Positions 9,200-18,299 of a stretch of DNA of 64,000 bases are shown here, one piece after another. A program made the position numbers and the translations under genes. The stretch comes from a virus, in the IMG/VR virus record IMGVR_UViG_3300042402_001861, positions 96,001 through 160,000 of that record; one strand, written 5' to 3'. How positions within the stretch are numbered: the first letter of the stretch is position 1; every line of letters starts with the position of its first letter. The notes under the pieces were generated by a model, which was not told the origin of the DNA, searched no databases, and was given only the letters and a program-made list of their open reading frames with translations.

Positions 9200-11557
9200 T
9201 CAGTCTCGCTTGCTCACTCGGGCGGCGATACGAGCCATCAGCGGACGGCTCGACTTGTTCTTGGAAATCTCGTCGGAGAGGGCACGGGCCAACTTGGCCT
9301 TCGTCGCCGTGGTGCCGTCGATGGCATCAAGGTAGTCCTCCTCGTCGGCCTCAAGGTCGGTCAGGCCGAACCACTCGGAGTAGCCCATCCACTCCTCGCC
9401 CGAAACCCAACCCTCGTCGCGGAGGAACTTCTTCTTGGCCGCGATGTAGGCCTCGCCGTTGACAACGGCCTTGGCATACTCCTTGGTCTTCTTGCTCATT
9501 CGGGCCACGCAAGTCTGCATGTAGGAGTTGAGGGCACGGGTTCCGTCGATGCGGAAGCCGATCACATTGCAGTCAGCCTCAACCCGAAGGTAGCGAAGGT
9601 AGGCATCCTCGGCACCCGTGTAGGCTTCCACCGCCCGCTTGCCCTGAATGTTGACTTCAGCGAAGTCGCGGCTGTAGCCCGTGGGCGAGTTATCGTCGGT
9701 CCACACATTCACCCAACGGTCAGCCACATAGCGGTAGCCCGTCCGATCCGTAGCCTCGCCATCGGTGAGGATGACGGTGTTCACGATCTGGACACCGGTC
9801 TTTGCACGGAACATCGGGACCACGGTAGCCATCGAAGCGATGGCCGCATTCAGCGGAGTGCCGTTGAGGTAGTACTTGGAGGCAAGGTGATCGCCCTTGG
9901 CATTCTTGCCAAACATCTCGTCGTGACGGTAGGACCGGCTGTGCTTGGCCCAAGCGAGGAGTCCCGCGAGGGCAGTACGAATCTGCACGGGCTTGGCCGA
10001 AGCCGACAAGATGTTCAGCAGGCGGAAGTCGGAGAAGATGAGTTCGCCGTCATTGCGAGTCCAAACCTTTTCCTTAACGATGCCGTGAGCATCGGAGAAA
10101 GCGTAGACTTCGCAGGGGATGTTCGCCGCAGCGCAGAACTGCACCAAGCAGCCCAACTGCATGATCGTGGGCTCAAGGATGCGATTCATGCTGCCCGACC
10201 AGTCAAGCAGGAACACAAGTCCGTGATTCTTGCCTTCCTTCTTGACTTCGTAGGAACCGAAGATTTCCTCCGAAATCCGATAGGCCCACAGGCGGCTGGG
10301 GTCGATGGCACCCGTATCGGCGGTGCGAGTGCGGTTAGCCTCGTCAGCGGCCTTGCGGCGCATGAATTCCTGAACAAGCGCCGTGATCGAACGGCGATTC
10401 TTGGCCATGAACTGCTGATAGAGGGCGAAGCCGTCACCCTTCTCGGCCATCAGCCGAAGATCATCGATAACCTCGCTGAAGGGCAGGATGCCCTTGGCGG
10501 CATCGAAGGTCGGCATTCTGACCGTGGAAGTCCCATAGTTGGAATGCTCGTCGCGGTTCTGCTTGGCAAGTTCCTCGAAAGCCGAATCCGTCACCGACTC
10601 ACGGGGAGTCCGATTCTTGGATTCCTTCGTTGACTTGCCCTGAGCCTCGCCCTCGCTCTCATCGTCCGAATCCGACTCCGACTCCTCGCCCTCGTCGCTG
10701 GCGTTATCGGACTCCTCGCCCTCCTCGCCACCTTCGGTGCTTTCGTCGGCGTTTTCGTTCTCGCCCTCGTCGGCGGTATCGCCCCGCTCCTCGCCCTCTT
10801 CGGACTCGTCAGAACCCGACGAATCGCCCTGCTCCTCGTCGGACTCCTGCTTTTGGTTGTCCTGCGGACTGCCGCTGCCCTCGCCTTCCTCACCGTCCTG
10901 CGGCTCGGACATGTCGCCGTCCTCGCCCTGCGACTCTTCCTGCGAGGAGTAGTCGAAGAGTTCCTTGGCAAGGGCAACAACCTCGTCCCAAGACTTGGTA
11001 GTCGCGACCCGCTTGACAAGGGGAAGTTCAGCGGCAGAGAACGGGACATTGACCGCGAAACCAACCTTATAGTGAATGTTGATTCGGTCAATCAGCGGGA
11101 GTTCCGAAAGATCCTTGTCAAGGGCAAGCAACTTCGGGTTCGTGATCGTCAGACTACGGTACGCCTTGGCGAAGGTCGAACGCAGGCCGGGATAGGTATC
11201 CTTCATGCTGCGTTCGATTCGGGCATCCTCAACGATGTTCACATAGCCCTTGAAGGAGTTGAAGCCTTCCTTGCCGACGAGTTCGGTGAGTTCCTTCACC
11301 CATGCGTCACCCTTGGGGCTGTGCATGGCGTGGCCGACTTCGTGAGCGACGAGCATGTCGTACAGGTCGCCGTCCATCGCCTTCCAAACAGGAAGGGTCA
11401 GAAGACGGGTCTTGGTGTCAAACGATGCGGTCGCGGCCCGATGCGAGTGCTGCACCCGAATGTTTTCGGTCGCAAGCAGACGGGCCAGAAGCGAAAGAGC
11501 CTCAACCTGACGGCGGTTCAGGTTTGGCTTCGGGGTGTTGGCTAGGGTAGGGGTCAC
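9200..11557 (-). CDS. CobT-like VWA protein with N-terminal HEXXH domain and acidic linker
   Basis: HEVGH; E/D/S-rich linker; MIDAS DWSGSM, GTPL, ILTDG. Confidence 0.85.
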   Translation of the reverse strand: MTPTLANTPKPNLNRRQVEALSLLARLLATENIRVQHSHRAATASFDTKTRLLTLPVWKAMDGDLYDMLVAHEVGHAMHSPKGDAWVKELTELVGKEGFNSFKGYVNIVEDARIERSMKDTYPGLRSTFAKAYRSLTITNPKLLALDKDLSELPLIDRINIHYKVGFAVNVPFSAAELPLVKRVATTKSWDEVVALAKELFDYSSQEESQGEDGDMSEPQDGEEGEGSGSPQDNQKQESDEEQGDSSGSDESEEGEERGDTADEGENENADESTEGGEEGEESDNASDEGEESESDSDDESEGEAQGKSTKESKNRTPRESVTDSAFEELAKQNRDEHSNYGTSTVRMPTFDAAKGILPFSEVIDDLRLMAEKGDGFALYQQFMAKNRRSITALVQEFMRRKAADEANRTRTADTGAIDPSRLWAYRISEEIFGSYEVKKEGKNHGLVFLLDWSGSMNRILEPTIMQLGCLVQFCAAANIPCEVYAFSDAHGIVKEKVWTRNDGELIFSDFRLLNILSASAKPVQIRTALAGLLAWAKHSRSYRHDEMFGKNAKGDHLASKYYLNGTPLNAAIASMATVVPMFRAKTGVQIVNTVILTDGEATDRTGYRYVADRWVNVWTDDNSPTGYSRDFAEVNIQGKRAVEAYTGAEDAYLRYLRVEADCNVIGFRIDGTRALNSYMQTCVARMSKKTKEYAKAVVNGEAYIAAKKKFLRDEGWVSGEEWMGYSEWFGLTDLEADEEDYLDAIDGTTATKAKLARALSDEISKNKSSRPLMARIAARVSKRD

Positions 11558-11563
11558 GACCCA

Positions 11564-11592
11564 ATTGTAACAGATTCGCCCTCGCTCCGCAA
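11564..11592 (-). promoter_or_regulatory. sigma70-type promoter for the VWA operon
   Basis: TTGCGG-17-TACAAT. Confidence 0.6.
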
Positions 11593-11610
11593 GAGCCTAC
11601 CCCCGTAGAA

Positions 11611-11741
11611 GGTTATAGGACGAAAAACAAATAATAGACGATATTGTATTCTGTAATTACCGCTATCGGACGCTGATAAGTTATCGGACTCTGTGCCGCC
11701 CCCCTCTACTATAGAGAGAGTTGACCGAAAGTTATCGGACT
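11611..11741 (+). repeat. four copies of a (G)TTATCGGAC-like motif
   Basis: GTTATAGGAC 11612, GCTATCGGAC 11662, GTTATCGGAC 11680 and 11731. Confidence 0.7.
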
Positions 11742-11784
11742 TTAAGAAAAAAGATTATTGGCTAGCAAAACGCACCCATGGGGA

Positions 11785-11813
11785 TTGACTTTTGAGAATG
11801 CTTCGTTTACACT
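11785..11813 (+). promoter_or_regulatory. sigma70-type promoter for cobS
   Basis: TTGACT-17-TACACT; AAAGGAG RBS before ATG 11842. Confidence 0.7.
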
Positions 11814-11841
11814 TTGGTCAGCCAAAGGAGCAATCGACCCC

Positions 11842-13110
11842 ATGAAGCGTTCTGAAGCCAAGTCCAAGTTCCTCACCGCCGCCTACGCCATTACGGGCGG
11901 CTCCCGTGAGATTACCCGCCCACAAGTAGTTCAGGCCGCCGATGACGCAGGGCTTCCGATCCCTGCGTGGTTCGTCAACGACCGCGAGTATCGGGTCGCT
12001 TGGGGACGCTACCGCCTGCCGCTACAGGATGGCGTGGTCGCTCCTCGCAAGGCGACTGCCCCGTCCGTGACCGTCCGTCCCGCCCCCGTGGCGACTCCCG
12101 TTCAGGTGGCCCCGCCGCCGATGGTTGAGTCCGCTCCCGTGGCTCAGACTTCCCTTGACCTTGCCATCCTGAGTGGCGAGGCCGTTGTTCCGACCGTGGA
12201 TCCCAACTATGTGGCTTGGGGCAACCACGACACGATTTACGAAATCGTCAAGAGCGGACGGTTCTTCCCCGTCTATGTGTGGGGTCTGTCCGGTAACGGC
12301 AAGACCTTCACTACCGAACAGGTCTGCGCCATGCTTGGCCGCGAGTACTATCGGGTGAACATCACCCCCGAGACTTGCGAAGACGATTTGCTTGGCGGGT
12401 TCCGACTCGTCAGCGGCGAAACCAAGTTCGTGTACGGGCCGGTGTCCCTCGCGATGGAGCGGGGCGGCGTTCTCCTGCTTGACGAGGTTGACCTTGGGTC
12501 GGATAAGATCATGGCGCTTCAGCCCGTCCTTGAGGGCAAGCCCGTGTATCTGAAGAAAATCAACAAGTGGGTCCGTCCCGCCCCCGGCTTCACGGTCGTG
12601 ATGACCGGTAACACCAAGGGTCTTGGCGACGAGACTGGCAAGTTCGCGGGAACTCGCATCCTGAACACGGCCTTCCTTGAGCGAGTGAACATCATGCTCA
12701 AGCAGGAATACCCCCGTCCCACGGTTGAGAAGAAGATTCTCACGAAGATGATGGAATCTTCGGGTTGCGTGGACGAGAAGTTCGCTGATGCGCTGGTCCG
12801 TTGGGCCGAGGCCATCCGCAAGACCTACGACGAAGGCGTGAGCGAGGAAGTCATCACGACCCGCCGCCTCGTCCAGATCGTCAGCGGGTACTGCATCTTC
12901 AAGGATCGCCTGACCGCCGTTCGTCACGGCGTGGGCCGGTTCGATGATGTCACGGCTGAAGCCTTCCTCAATCTCTACCAGAAGATTGACGCTGAGGCTA
13001 CCGCCGCCGATCCCGATGCGTCCAAGGCGGGTGCAGCCCCTGATGAACACCTTCAGGCTCACGCTGCCGCCGCTGCGGCCACGGCTTCCACGACCAAGGC
13101 TCCCTTCTGA
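11842..13110 (+). CDS. cobS: MoxR/CobS-like AAA+ ATPase with N-terminal accessory domain
   Basis: Walker A GLSGNGKT, Walker B LLLDEVD, TGNTKG, ILNTAFLER; typical of T4-like aquatic phages. Confidence 0.9.
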   Translation: MKRSEAKSKFLTAAYAITGGSREITRPQVVQAADDAGLPIPAWFVNDREYRVAWGRYRLPLQDGVVAPRKATAPSVTVRPAPVATPVQVAPPPMVESAPVAQTSLDLAILSGEAVVPTVDPNYVAWGNHDTIYEIVKSGRFFPVYVWGLSGNGKTFTTEQVCAMLGREYYRVNITPETCEDDLLGGFRLVSGETKFVYGPVSLAMERGGVLLLDEVDLGSDKIMALQPVLEGKPVYLKKINKWVRPAPGFTVVMTGNTKGLGDETGKFAGTRILNTAFLERVNIMLKQEYPRPTVEKKILTKMMESSGCVDEKFADALVRWAEAIRKTYDEGVSEEVITTRRLVQIVSGYCIFKDRLTAVRHGVGRFDDVTAEAFLNLYQKIDAEATAADPDASKAGAAPDEHLQAHAAAAAATASTTKAPF

Positions 13111-13130
13111 GAAATTAAGAAAGGCAAGCC

Positions 13131-13412
13131 ATGGAACTACCTGACGAGCGTACATTCTCCGTAACTGACTACTACCAAGGAACAGTCAACCTTTGGATGC
13201 ATTCTGATTGGCAGGATAATCCAAAGAGTTTCCACAACCTCCGTTCCTTGATAGAGTACTTCGTGCTGGCCCTTGAGAACAATCCCTTCCTCTGGCTTAT
13301 GGATGAGGAAGAGGAGTTGGTCCGTGCCATCGCTGAGGATGTCAAACTTTCCAAGTTCTACCCTGAACGATTTCATCCCATTGAGGAATGGGGAAACCCG
13401 CCTCAAAAATAA
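13131..13412 (+). CDS. hypothetical protein
   Basis: ORF downstream of cobS. Confidence 0.6.
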   Translation: MELPDERTFSVTDYYQGTVNLWMHSDWQDNPKSFHNLRSLIEYFVLALENNPFLWLMDEEEELVRAIAEDVKLSKFYPERFHPIEEWGNPPQK

Positions 13413-13436
13413 AACTTCCCTTTGACGAAATACCTC

Positions 13437-13464
13437 TTGACAAACGGTTTGTCAGGGGTACAAT
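13437..13464 (+). promoter_or_regulatory. sigma70-type promoter
   Basis: TTGACA-16-TACAAT with AT-rich upstream element. Confidence 0.75.
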
Positions 13465-13494
13465 CTACGCAACATCTCTTCGGAGAACTTCACC

Positions 13495-13788
13495 ATGACG
13501 ATGAACACCATCAACCTGAACAAGCGCCAGATCAACTTCCTCGCCGCCTTTGAGGCCGCTAACGGCCAGCCGGACACGGTGACGAGGCAGGAACTGCTCA
13601 ACTTCAAGAATTCACTTGGCCCGAATCAGACTGGCCCCCTTGGCTATGTGATTCGTTGGCCTGCATGGCTTACCAACAGCGGCACCTTTACCACTTCCCG
13701 AGCGGTCTATACCCTCCCGTGGGGGAAGTACAACGAATGGAAGGCAGCAAACGCCGCCTCCGTCACTCCCGCCGCCGCTGTTGCGTGA
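13495..13788 (+). CDS. stand-alone homolog of the CobS N-terminal domain
   Basis: FL.A...G...TR...PAW..N...Y.LP pattern shared with 11842 N-terminus. Confidence 0.65.
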   Translation: MTMNTINLNKRQINFLAAFEAANGQPDTVTRQELLNFKNSLGPNQTGPLGYVIRWPAWLTNSGTFTTSRAVYTLPWGKYNEWKAANAASVTPAAAVA

Positions 13789-13929
13789 TGAGGGTCGCTT
13801 CAGATCAGAGCGTAGGGGTCATGCTCTGATCAATCGTCGTGTGGAGAGGGAAACCTCTCCTCACGATTTCCCAACCTAGCCAACCGTCAGGGCTGACGGA
13901 TATTGGCGCAACTCTTTTAGGAGATACTA

Positions 13930-14234
13930 TGCCCACGATGACCGTGAATGGACCGAATGTCAAGATCCGCAACCGCAGCCGCATCGCTGTTCAGAACCTC
14001 ATGGAGGGCGATGAGTTCCTTCTGCGTGGTGAGCCGAGCCTGGTGGTCGATTCGATCACCCGCAACGAGGACAAGGGCACCGTCAAGGTGACCTTCGACA
14101 CCGGCGAGTCTCGTCGGTTCGCTTGGAACTCCAAGGTTTCGATCAAGGAGACTGCCGAGCGTAACTCGTTCCGTCGCAACTCGCTGCGTCGGTACGGCTA
14201 CCCCAACTACATGGATTACATCTACGGCGGCTAA
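13930..14234 (+). CDS. hypothetical protein
   Basis: AGGAG RBS before ATG 13930. Confidence 0.75.
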
Positions 14235-14352
14235 TCGCCCGTAGTCCATGCGGCGGGGCAGGAGCCAATAGATGATGGCTTTCCTGTGACGGCTCCTGCC
14301 CCCGCCGTTGGGTGACATTCAAATTTCCCTGAAGCCCTAGTCTTCTGGGTTT

Positions 14353-14378
14353 GCCCCGCCGAAAGGCGGGGCTTTCTT
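14353..14378 (+). terminator. Rho-independent terminator
   Basis: CCCCGCC-GAAA-GGCGGGG followed by CTTTCTT. Confidence 0.75.
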
Positions 14379-14596
14379 ATACCCATTTTGCATTTTCAAA
14401 AGTCCGCGGCAACTGTAGCCGGGGCAGCCTGACCTGCTGTTCGAGTAGCCCCACAGTCTCAACCCAACTTCAACGCATTCGTTGGATTCAACTCCAAATG
14501 ACCTCAACTTGCCCTCCGGCGGAGTCACCGGCTGTACCGGTTTTGGATGTGCCCGCCGGTCACGAGAACTCCTGCTCGCTACATACTTTCAACCCA

Positions 14597-15091
14597 ATGC
14601 TTGAGAAACTGCTCCAATCCCTCAACAAAGCCAACGAATACCTCAACTCTTCGTTGCATTTAAACGCTGTCGAGAAGACATCGAGCGAGCCAACCAGCAG
14701 ACAATCAAGCCAGTCTCAAGCCAATTACAACGACTCCAACGACGATCTCACCGAAGCCCCAATTTCAAAGATACTGAATGTAAACGGGAAGGCAGCAAAG
14801 ACTCTGGACTTCTCCTCCAACCCCAACGACCCCAATGTCAATGTCTTTGGTCTAGGCACATACAGCCTTTCAAATCTCAAGAAGATGACAATCATGGATG
14901 CAAAGAAACTTGCGGAAATCATCGCAAGCGACAATGCAGACTATGGGAGAGTCCTGAAGATGATGTCTGATGTAGAGGGCAAGGACTCATCTGTCTACCT
15001 AGCCTACAGGTTGCTTGCATTGGCAGAGGTACAGCAGTACATGAAGCAGCCTGCCACCAAGAGAAGAATCACCCTGATGAAGAGAGGGTGA
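14597..15091 (+). CDS. hypothetical protein
   Basis: ORF from MLEKLLQS; start uncertain. Confidence 0.55.
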   Translation: MLEKLLQSLNKANEYLNSSLHLNAVEKTSSEPTSRQSSQSQANYNDSNDDLTEAPISKILNVNGKAAKTLDFSSNPNDPNVNVFGLGTYSLSNLKKMTIMDAKKLAEIIASDNADYGRVLKMMSDVEGKDSSVYLAYRLLALAEVQQYMKQPATKRRITLMKRG

Positions 15092-15600
15092 CTCTCGCAG
15101 TCAACTGCGGAGCAGAGTGTGTGCGAGGATGTGTGCGAGGGCTTGAGTGATTTCATATTTTGGAATGCGGACCCCCACCTTATATTTTGGAAAATGGTTT
15201 TGAAGGAGTGGGGTTTAGGTCTACCGAACCTTCGCACAAAAGGGTTCCCATTCCACACTTAAACCCCCGCCCATCCCATAGTCACAACTCAACTCTCCCC
15301 GTCGATCCCCGCATATGACTTGGGCATCCCCCTCTCTCTCCCAAACCACTTACGGCTTCCCCAAAACACTTACCTAGCCGCCCCCTCTCCCCAAACCACT
15401 TATTCCGATCTCTCATTCCAATCTGTCCTTCCCATACGGCCAGATTTCCCCCAAACTGTCCTTCTCAGACGGCCACTTTTGAAACCTTCGTGAAATCAAA
15501 TTCCCAAAATTTGCAAAAATCCCTTGGTACATTTTTGGCCAAAACAGGTCGCACTCCCCTCACCACATATCCCTCTCTCCTTCACCCCTTTCCTAAATAT
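15092..15600. other. C/pyrimidine-rich non-coding spacer with CCAAA(C/A)CACTTA repeats
   Basis: copies at 15341, 15361, 15391; mirror skew of 7190-7545. Confidence 0.55.
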
Positions 15601-15655
15601 CCCTTGTCATGTTGCGTCTGCATTCTCTGCATCCCCATCTTCCCTGCACAGCCCC

Positions 15656-16618
15656 ATGAGAAGTTTCTACGATTTCTCAAAGTCTGTCCCTGTCACTCCT
15701 GTCACTCCTGTCAATTTGAAACTTGACGAGGCGAGCAGGGTGAAGTCTTCAGAGGACTTGCAGAAATTGGCAAAGAAGATTCGTCCCATCACCGTATGCG
15801 ACATCTTCTCTGATTCCACTCCCAAGCGTCTGTATGAATTGATGGACGAGAATCTTTGGCATCAGACACTTGTTTCAAATGGCATCATCTCAAGCAGGGG
15901 GTATTCCTACGATTATGATGCTCCTGCATGGATGGAAAGGCTCAAGCGTGACATCTGGTCACCCTTTGTTGAATGGTTCGAAGCCGAGGGTGGTTCCAAG
16001 CAGGGGATGATTCCCAAGATCGCGGCGATGGCCTCATGCAGGAAGAGGGCAGCATGGGCGAACTGGTCGGGAACCGCCTATCGCGGACTCAGCCGAAGCC
16101 TTGCACGGATCGCCAAGTACGAGTACACCAGCAAGACCGAGGCTGTCGGTGGCAGGACATGGCTTGTGGCAAGTGTCTCCTATCAGAGCAAGTATGCCAT
16201 TCAGTCATGGACGAGTGAACCTAAGGTTGCCAAGAACTTTGCCGATGGCGGCATGGATGTTGCCGTGATGTTGCAGATGGACATAAAAAAAGGCGAGGGG
16301 TTCCTGTCGCCCGAGGTGAGCAACAGATTGGGCAAGCACTACAAGGAGAGCGAGGTGCTGCGAATCGGCAACGCCAAGACGAGGGTGAAGGCTCTGGTTG
16401 ACATGAGAGACTTGCTGAACGAACTTGACGAGATCCTTGGTGTCATGCGTCTTCCCGCATCATGGGATACGATGCCCACGAAGATGCGTAAGCAGGCATG
16501 GCCCGAGGCCGTGGCGGCGAAGATGATTCGACTTGGATTCTCAAAGTCCTCTGTCGCAAGCCTCATGTCTTCGGGGCATCCATTTTACGCATCGGTGATG
16601 AAGAGGGTGCCATGGTAA
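15656..16618 (+). CDS. putative ADP-ribosyltransferase-fold protein, candidate internal head protein
   Basis: AYRGL, IQSWTS, ESEVLRI; late promoter 15594-15599; paralog of 70..768. Confidence 0.55.
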   Translation: MRSFYDFSKSVPVTPVTPVNLKLDEASRVKSSEDLQKLAKKIRPITVCDIFSDSTPKRLYELMDENLWHQTLVSNGIISSRGYSYDYDAPAWMERLKRDIWSPFVEWFEAEGGSKQGMIPKIAAMASCRKRAAWANWSGTAYRGLSRSLARIAKYEYTSKTEAVGGRTWLVASVSYQSKYAIQSWTSEPKVAKNFADGGMDVAVMLQMDIKKGEGFLSPEVSNRLGKHYKESEVLRIGNAKTRVKALVDMRDLLNELDEILGVMRLPASWDTMPTKMRKQAWPEAVAAKMIRLGFSKSSVASLMSSGHPFYASVMKRVPW

Positions 16619-16917
16619 ACTTCAAGTCATACATCAGCGAGGCAAAGGTCAGGATGTCGTGGAAGCGATATGTCATGAAGACTGTTGATGGAAAGATTGC
16701 AGATTGGATAGAGGCTGCTTACGAAAGCAGCAACAAACGATTTGTCATCAAGAAGCACAGACGAAGTTCGACATATGAACTGTTTGACAGACGGCATCCG
16801 AGGACATCTTTTGGATCATATGAAACCCTTGATGCGGCAAAGGAGAGTGCAGAGTGGGCATTGCTGAACGATCCACGGACAGAGTGGCATCCTTCTCTGC
16901 GTGAGGGCACGGCATGA
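16612..16917 (+). CDS. candidate internal head protein
   Basis: MVNFKSYISE N-terminus. Confidence 0.65.
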   Translation: MVNFKSYISEAKVRMSWKRYVMKTVDGKIADWIEAAYESSNKRFVIKKHRRSSTYELFDRRHPRTSFGSYETLDAAKESAEWALLNDPRTEWHPSLREGTA

Positions 16918-17654
16918 AGTCTTTCCGTGGCCACATCACCGAGGTGTTCGACACGACACACTCATGGGAGCCTGTGTCCACGGGAGGCAACCATTGGGTC
17001 TATCGCTTTGCCTTGGCAAAGGTTCGCCGTGGTTTGTTCCTTCCTGCTCCCCTGCGTGGCGAGGAGATCGTCAAGTTCTACGAAAAGCAGGGAATGAGAA
17101 TCACGGGCAAGGATGGGCAGAACCGTCCCTTGGTAAACGGCAAGGACATTGCAAGCACTCCTCTTGCGGGTGCGATGTACGAGGTTGGCTTTCGTTCATT
17201 GGGACACAACATGGAGAAGTATTCCGAGTTGTTCAAGCGTTCCAACCTTGGCGGCAACGACAAGTATCTCCTGTGGGAAATAGACTTTGCACGAAACGAT
17301 TCGATGCTCAAGTGGTCAAACGGAAACTGGCAATGGGACTATGAATCGAATTCAGGGGGTTCTGACGAGGATCTTGGAATCATGGGAGGCGGCGATGCTG
17401 CTGCCATACTGTCCACGGTGGTCGCCATCGCCAAGGAATTCGTCGCCAAGGTCAAGCCCATGGGAATTCTCCTTGGCACGAAGATGGACGCAAAGGGAGC
17501 AAGGAGCCGAATCTATGCTGGCCTTGCAAGCAGAAACAATGCACGGATGATTCCCATTCCCTACTCGCCAAGGTCAGGCATGGGCAATGCGAACATGCTG
17601 TGGTTTGGCAAGGACAAGGACTTCCAGCCCGTCAGCAAGGAAGGCAAGCCATGA
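16914..17654 (+). CDS. candidate internal head protein
   Basis: MKSFRGHITE N-terminus; ATGA coupled. Confidence 0.7.
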   Translation: MKSFRGHITEVFDTTHSWEPVSTGGNHWVYRFALAKVRRGLFLPAPLRGEEIVKFYEKQGMRITGKDGQNRPLVNGKDIASTPLAGAMYEVGFRSLGHNMEKYSELFKRSNLGGNDKYLLWEIDFARNDSMLKWSNGNWQWDYESNSGGSDEDLGIMGGGDAAAILSTVVAIAKEFVAKVKPMGILLGTKMDAKGARSRIYAGLASRNNARMIPIPYSPRSGMGNANMLWFGKDKDFQPVSKEGKP

Positions 17655-18298
17655 AGTCATTCATCGCATTCATCAGCGAGGCACAGTCCTTCGCACAATG
17701 GGTTGCACGGAATGCCGAGAAGCGCAAGGCACCCGCATCGGGTTCTCCCCGCAGTTCCTTCCCGTGGATGCAGAATGCCAACATGGTTCCCGGTTGGTGG
17801 CATCCGACCAAGCAATGGTTCACTTTCGCCCACGGCAAGCAGGGCTACCATGTCACGCATCTTGTGAACAACCTCTCAAAGTTCGGCATTTCCGAAAAGG
17901 AGTTGATGGCTGCTGCGGCGAAGGAAGCGCAGAGGCCATATTGGGACAACGAATTGAGAAAGCAACGGGGACACAATCTTGTCGATGCCGAGCGGGTGAT
18001 CCACATGATCAAGAACGAGAACATCGACAACTCCTATCCGATCATGGCACTAGCCTACAAGCGTGGATGGCTCAAGGCATACGGCGGGAAGTTCCACACC
18101 GGCGACCGTGGCGGCGCAATCGAAGGTTCCGACAAGAAGAGCATCAAGGCCGCGATCCGCGAGATAGAGCAGGCGGCATCCATGGCAGGAATCGATGACA
18201 TCCGTATCGATGCAACGGAGCGGTCAAACACCACATACGAGCCAAAGTTCTTCGTTCTGGATTCAAAGTTCAAGCGTGATGGATACATGAGGCAATGA
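17651..18298 (+). CDS. candidate internal head protein
   Basis: MKSFIAFISE N-terminus; ATGA coupled. Confidence 0.7.
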   Translation: MKSFIAFISEAQSFAQWVARNAEKRKAPASGSPRSSFPWMQNANMVPGWWHPTKQWFTFAHGKQGYHVTHLVNNLSKFGISEKELMAAAAKEAQRPYWDNELRKQRGHNLVDAERVIHMIKNENIDNSYPIMALAYKRGWLKAYGGKFHTGDRGGAIEGSDKKSIKAAIREIEQAASMAGIDDIRIDATERSNTTYEPKFFVLDSKFKRDGYMRQ

Positions 18299-18299
18299 C

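Noticed and set aside
10600-10960. CTCGCC/CTCGTC-rich repeat tract as a repeat element
   Set aside because: It simply encodes the Glu/Asp/Gly/Ser linker of the VWA protein.
9200-13110. Cobalamin biosynthesis (cobS/cobT) as metabolic function
   Set aside because: No cobN or other cob genes; a MoxR-VWA chaperone role is more parsimonious.
12022-13155. 377-aa antisense ORF opposite cobS
   Set aside because: Shadow of a GC-rich real gene; no motifs or RBS.
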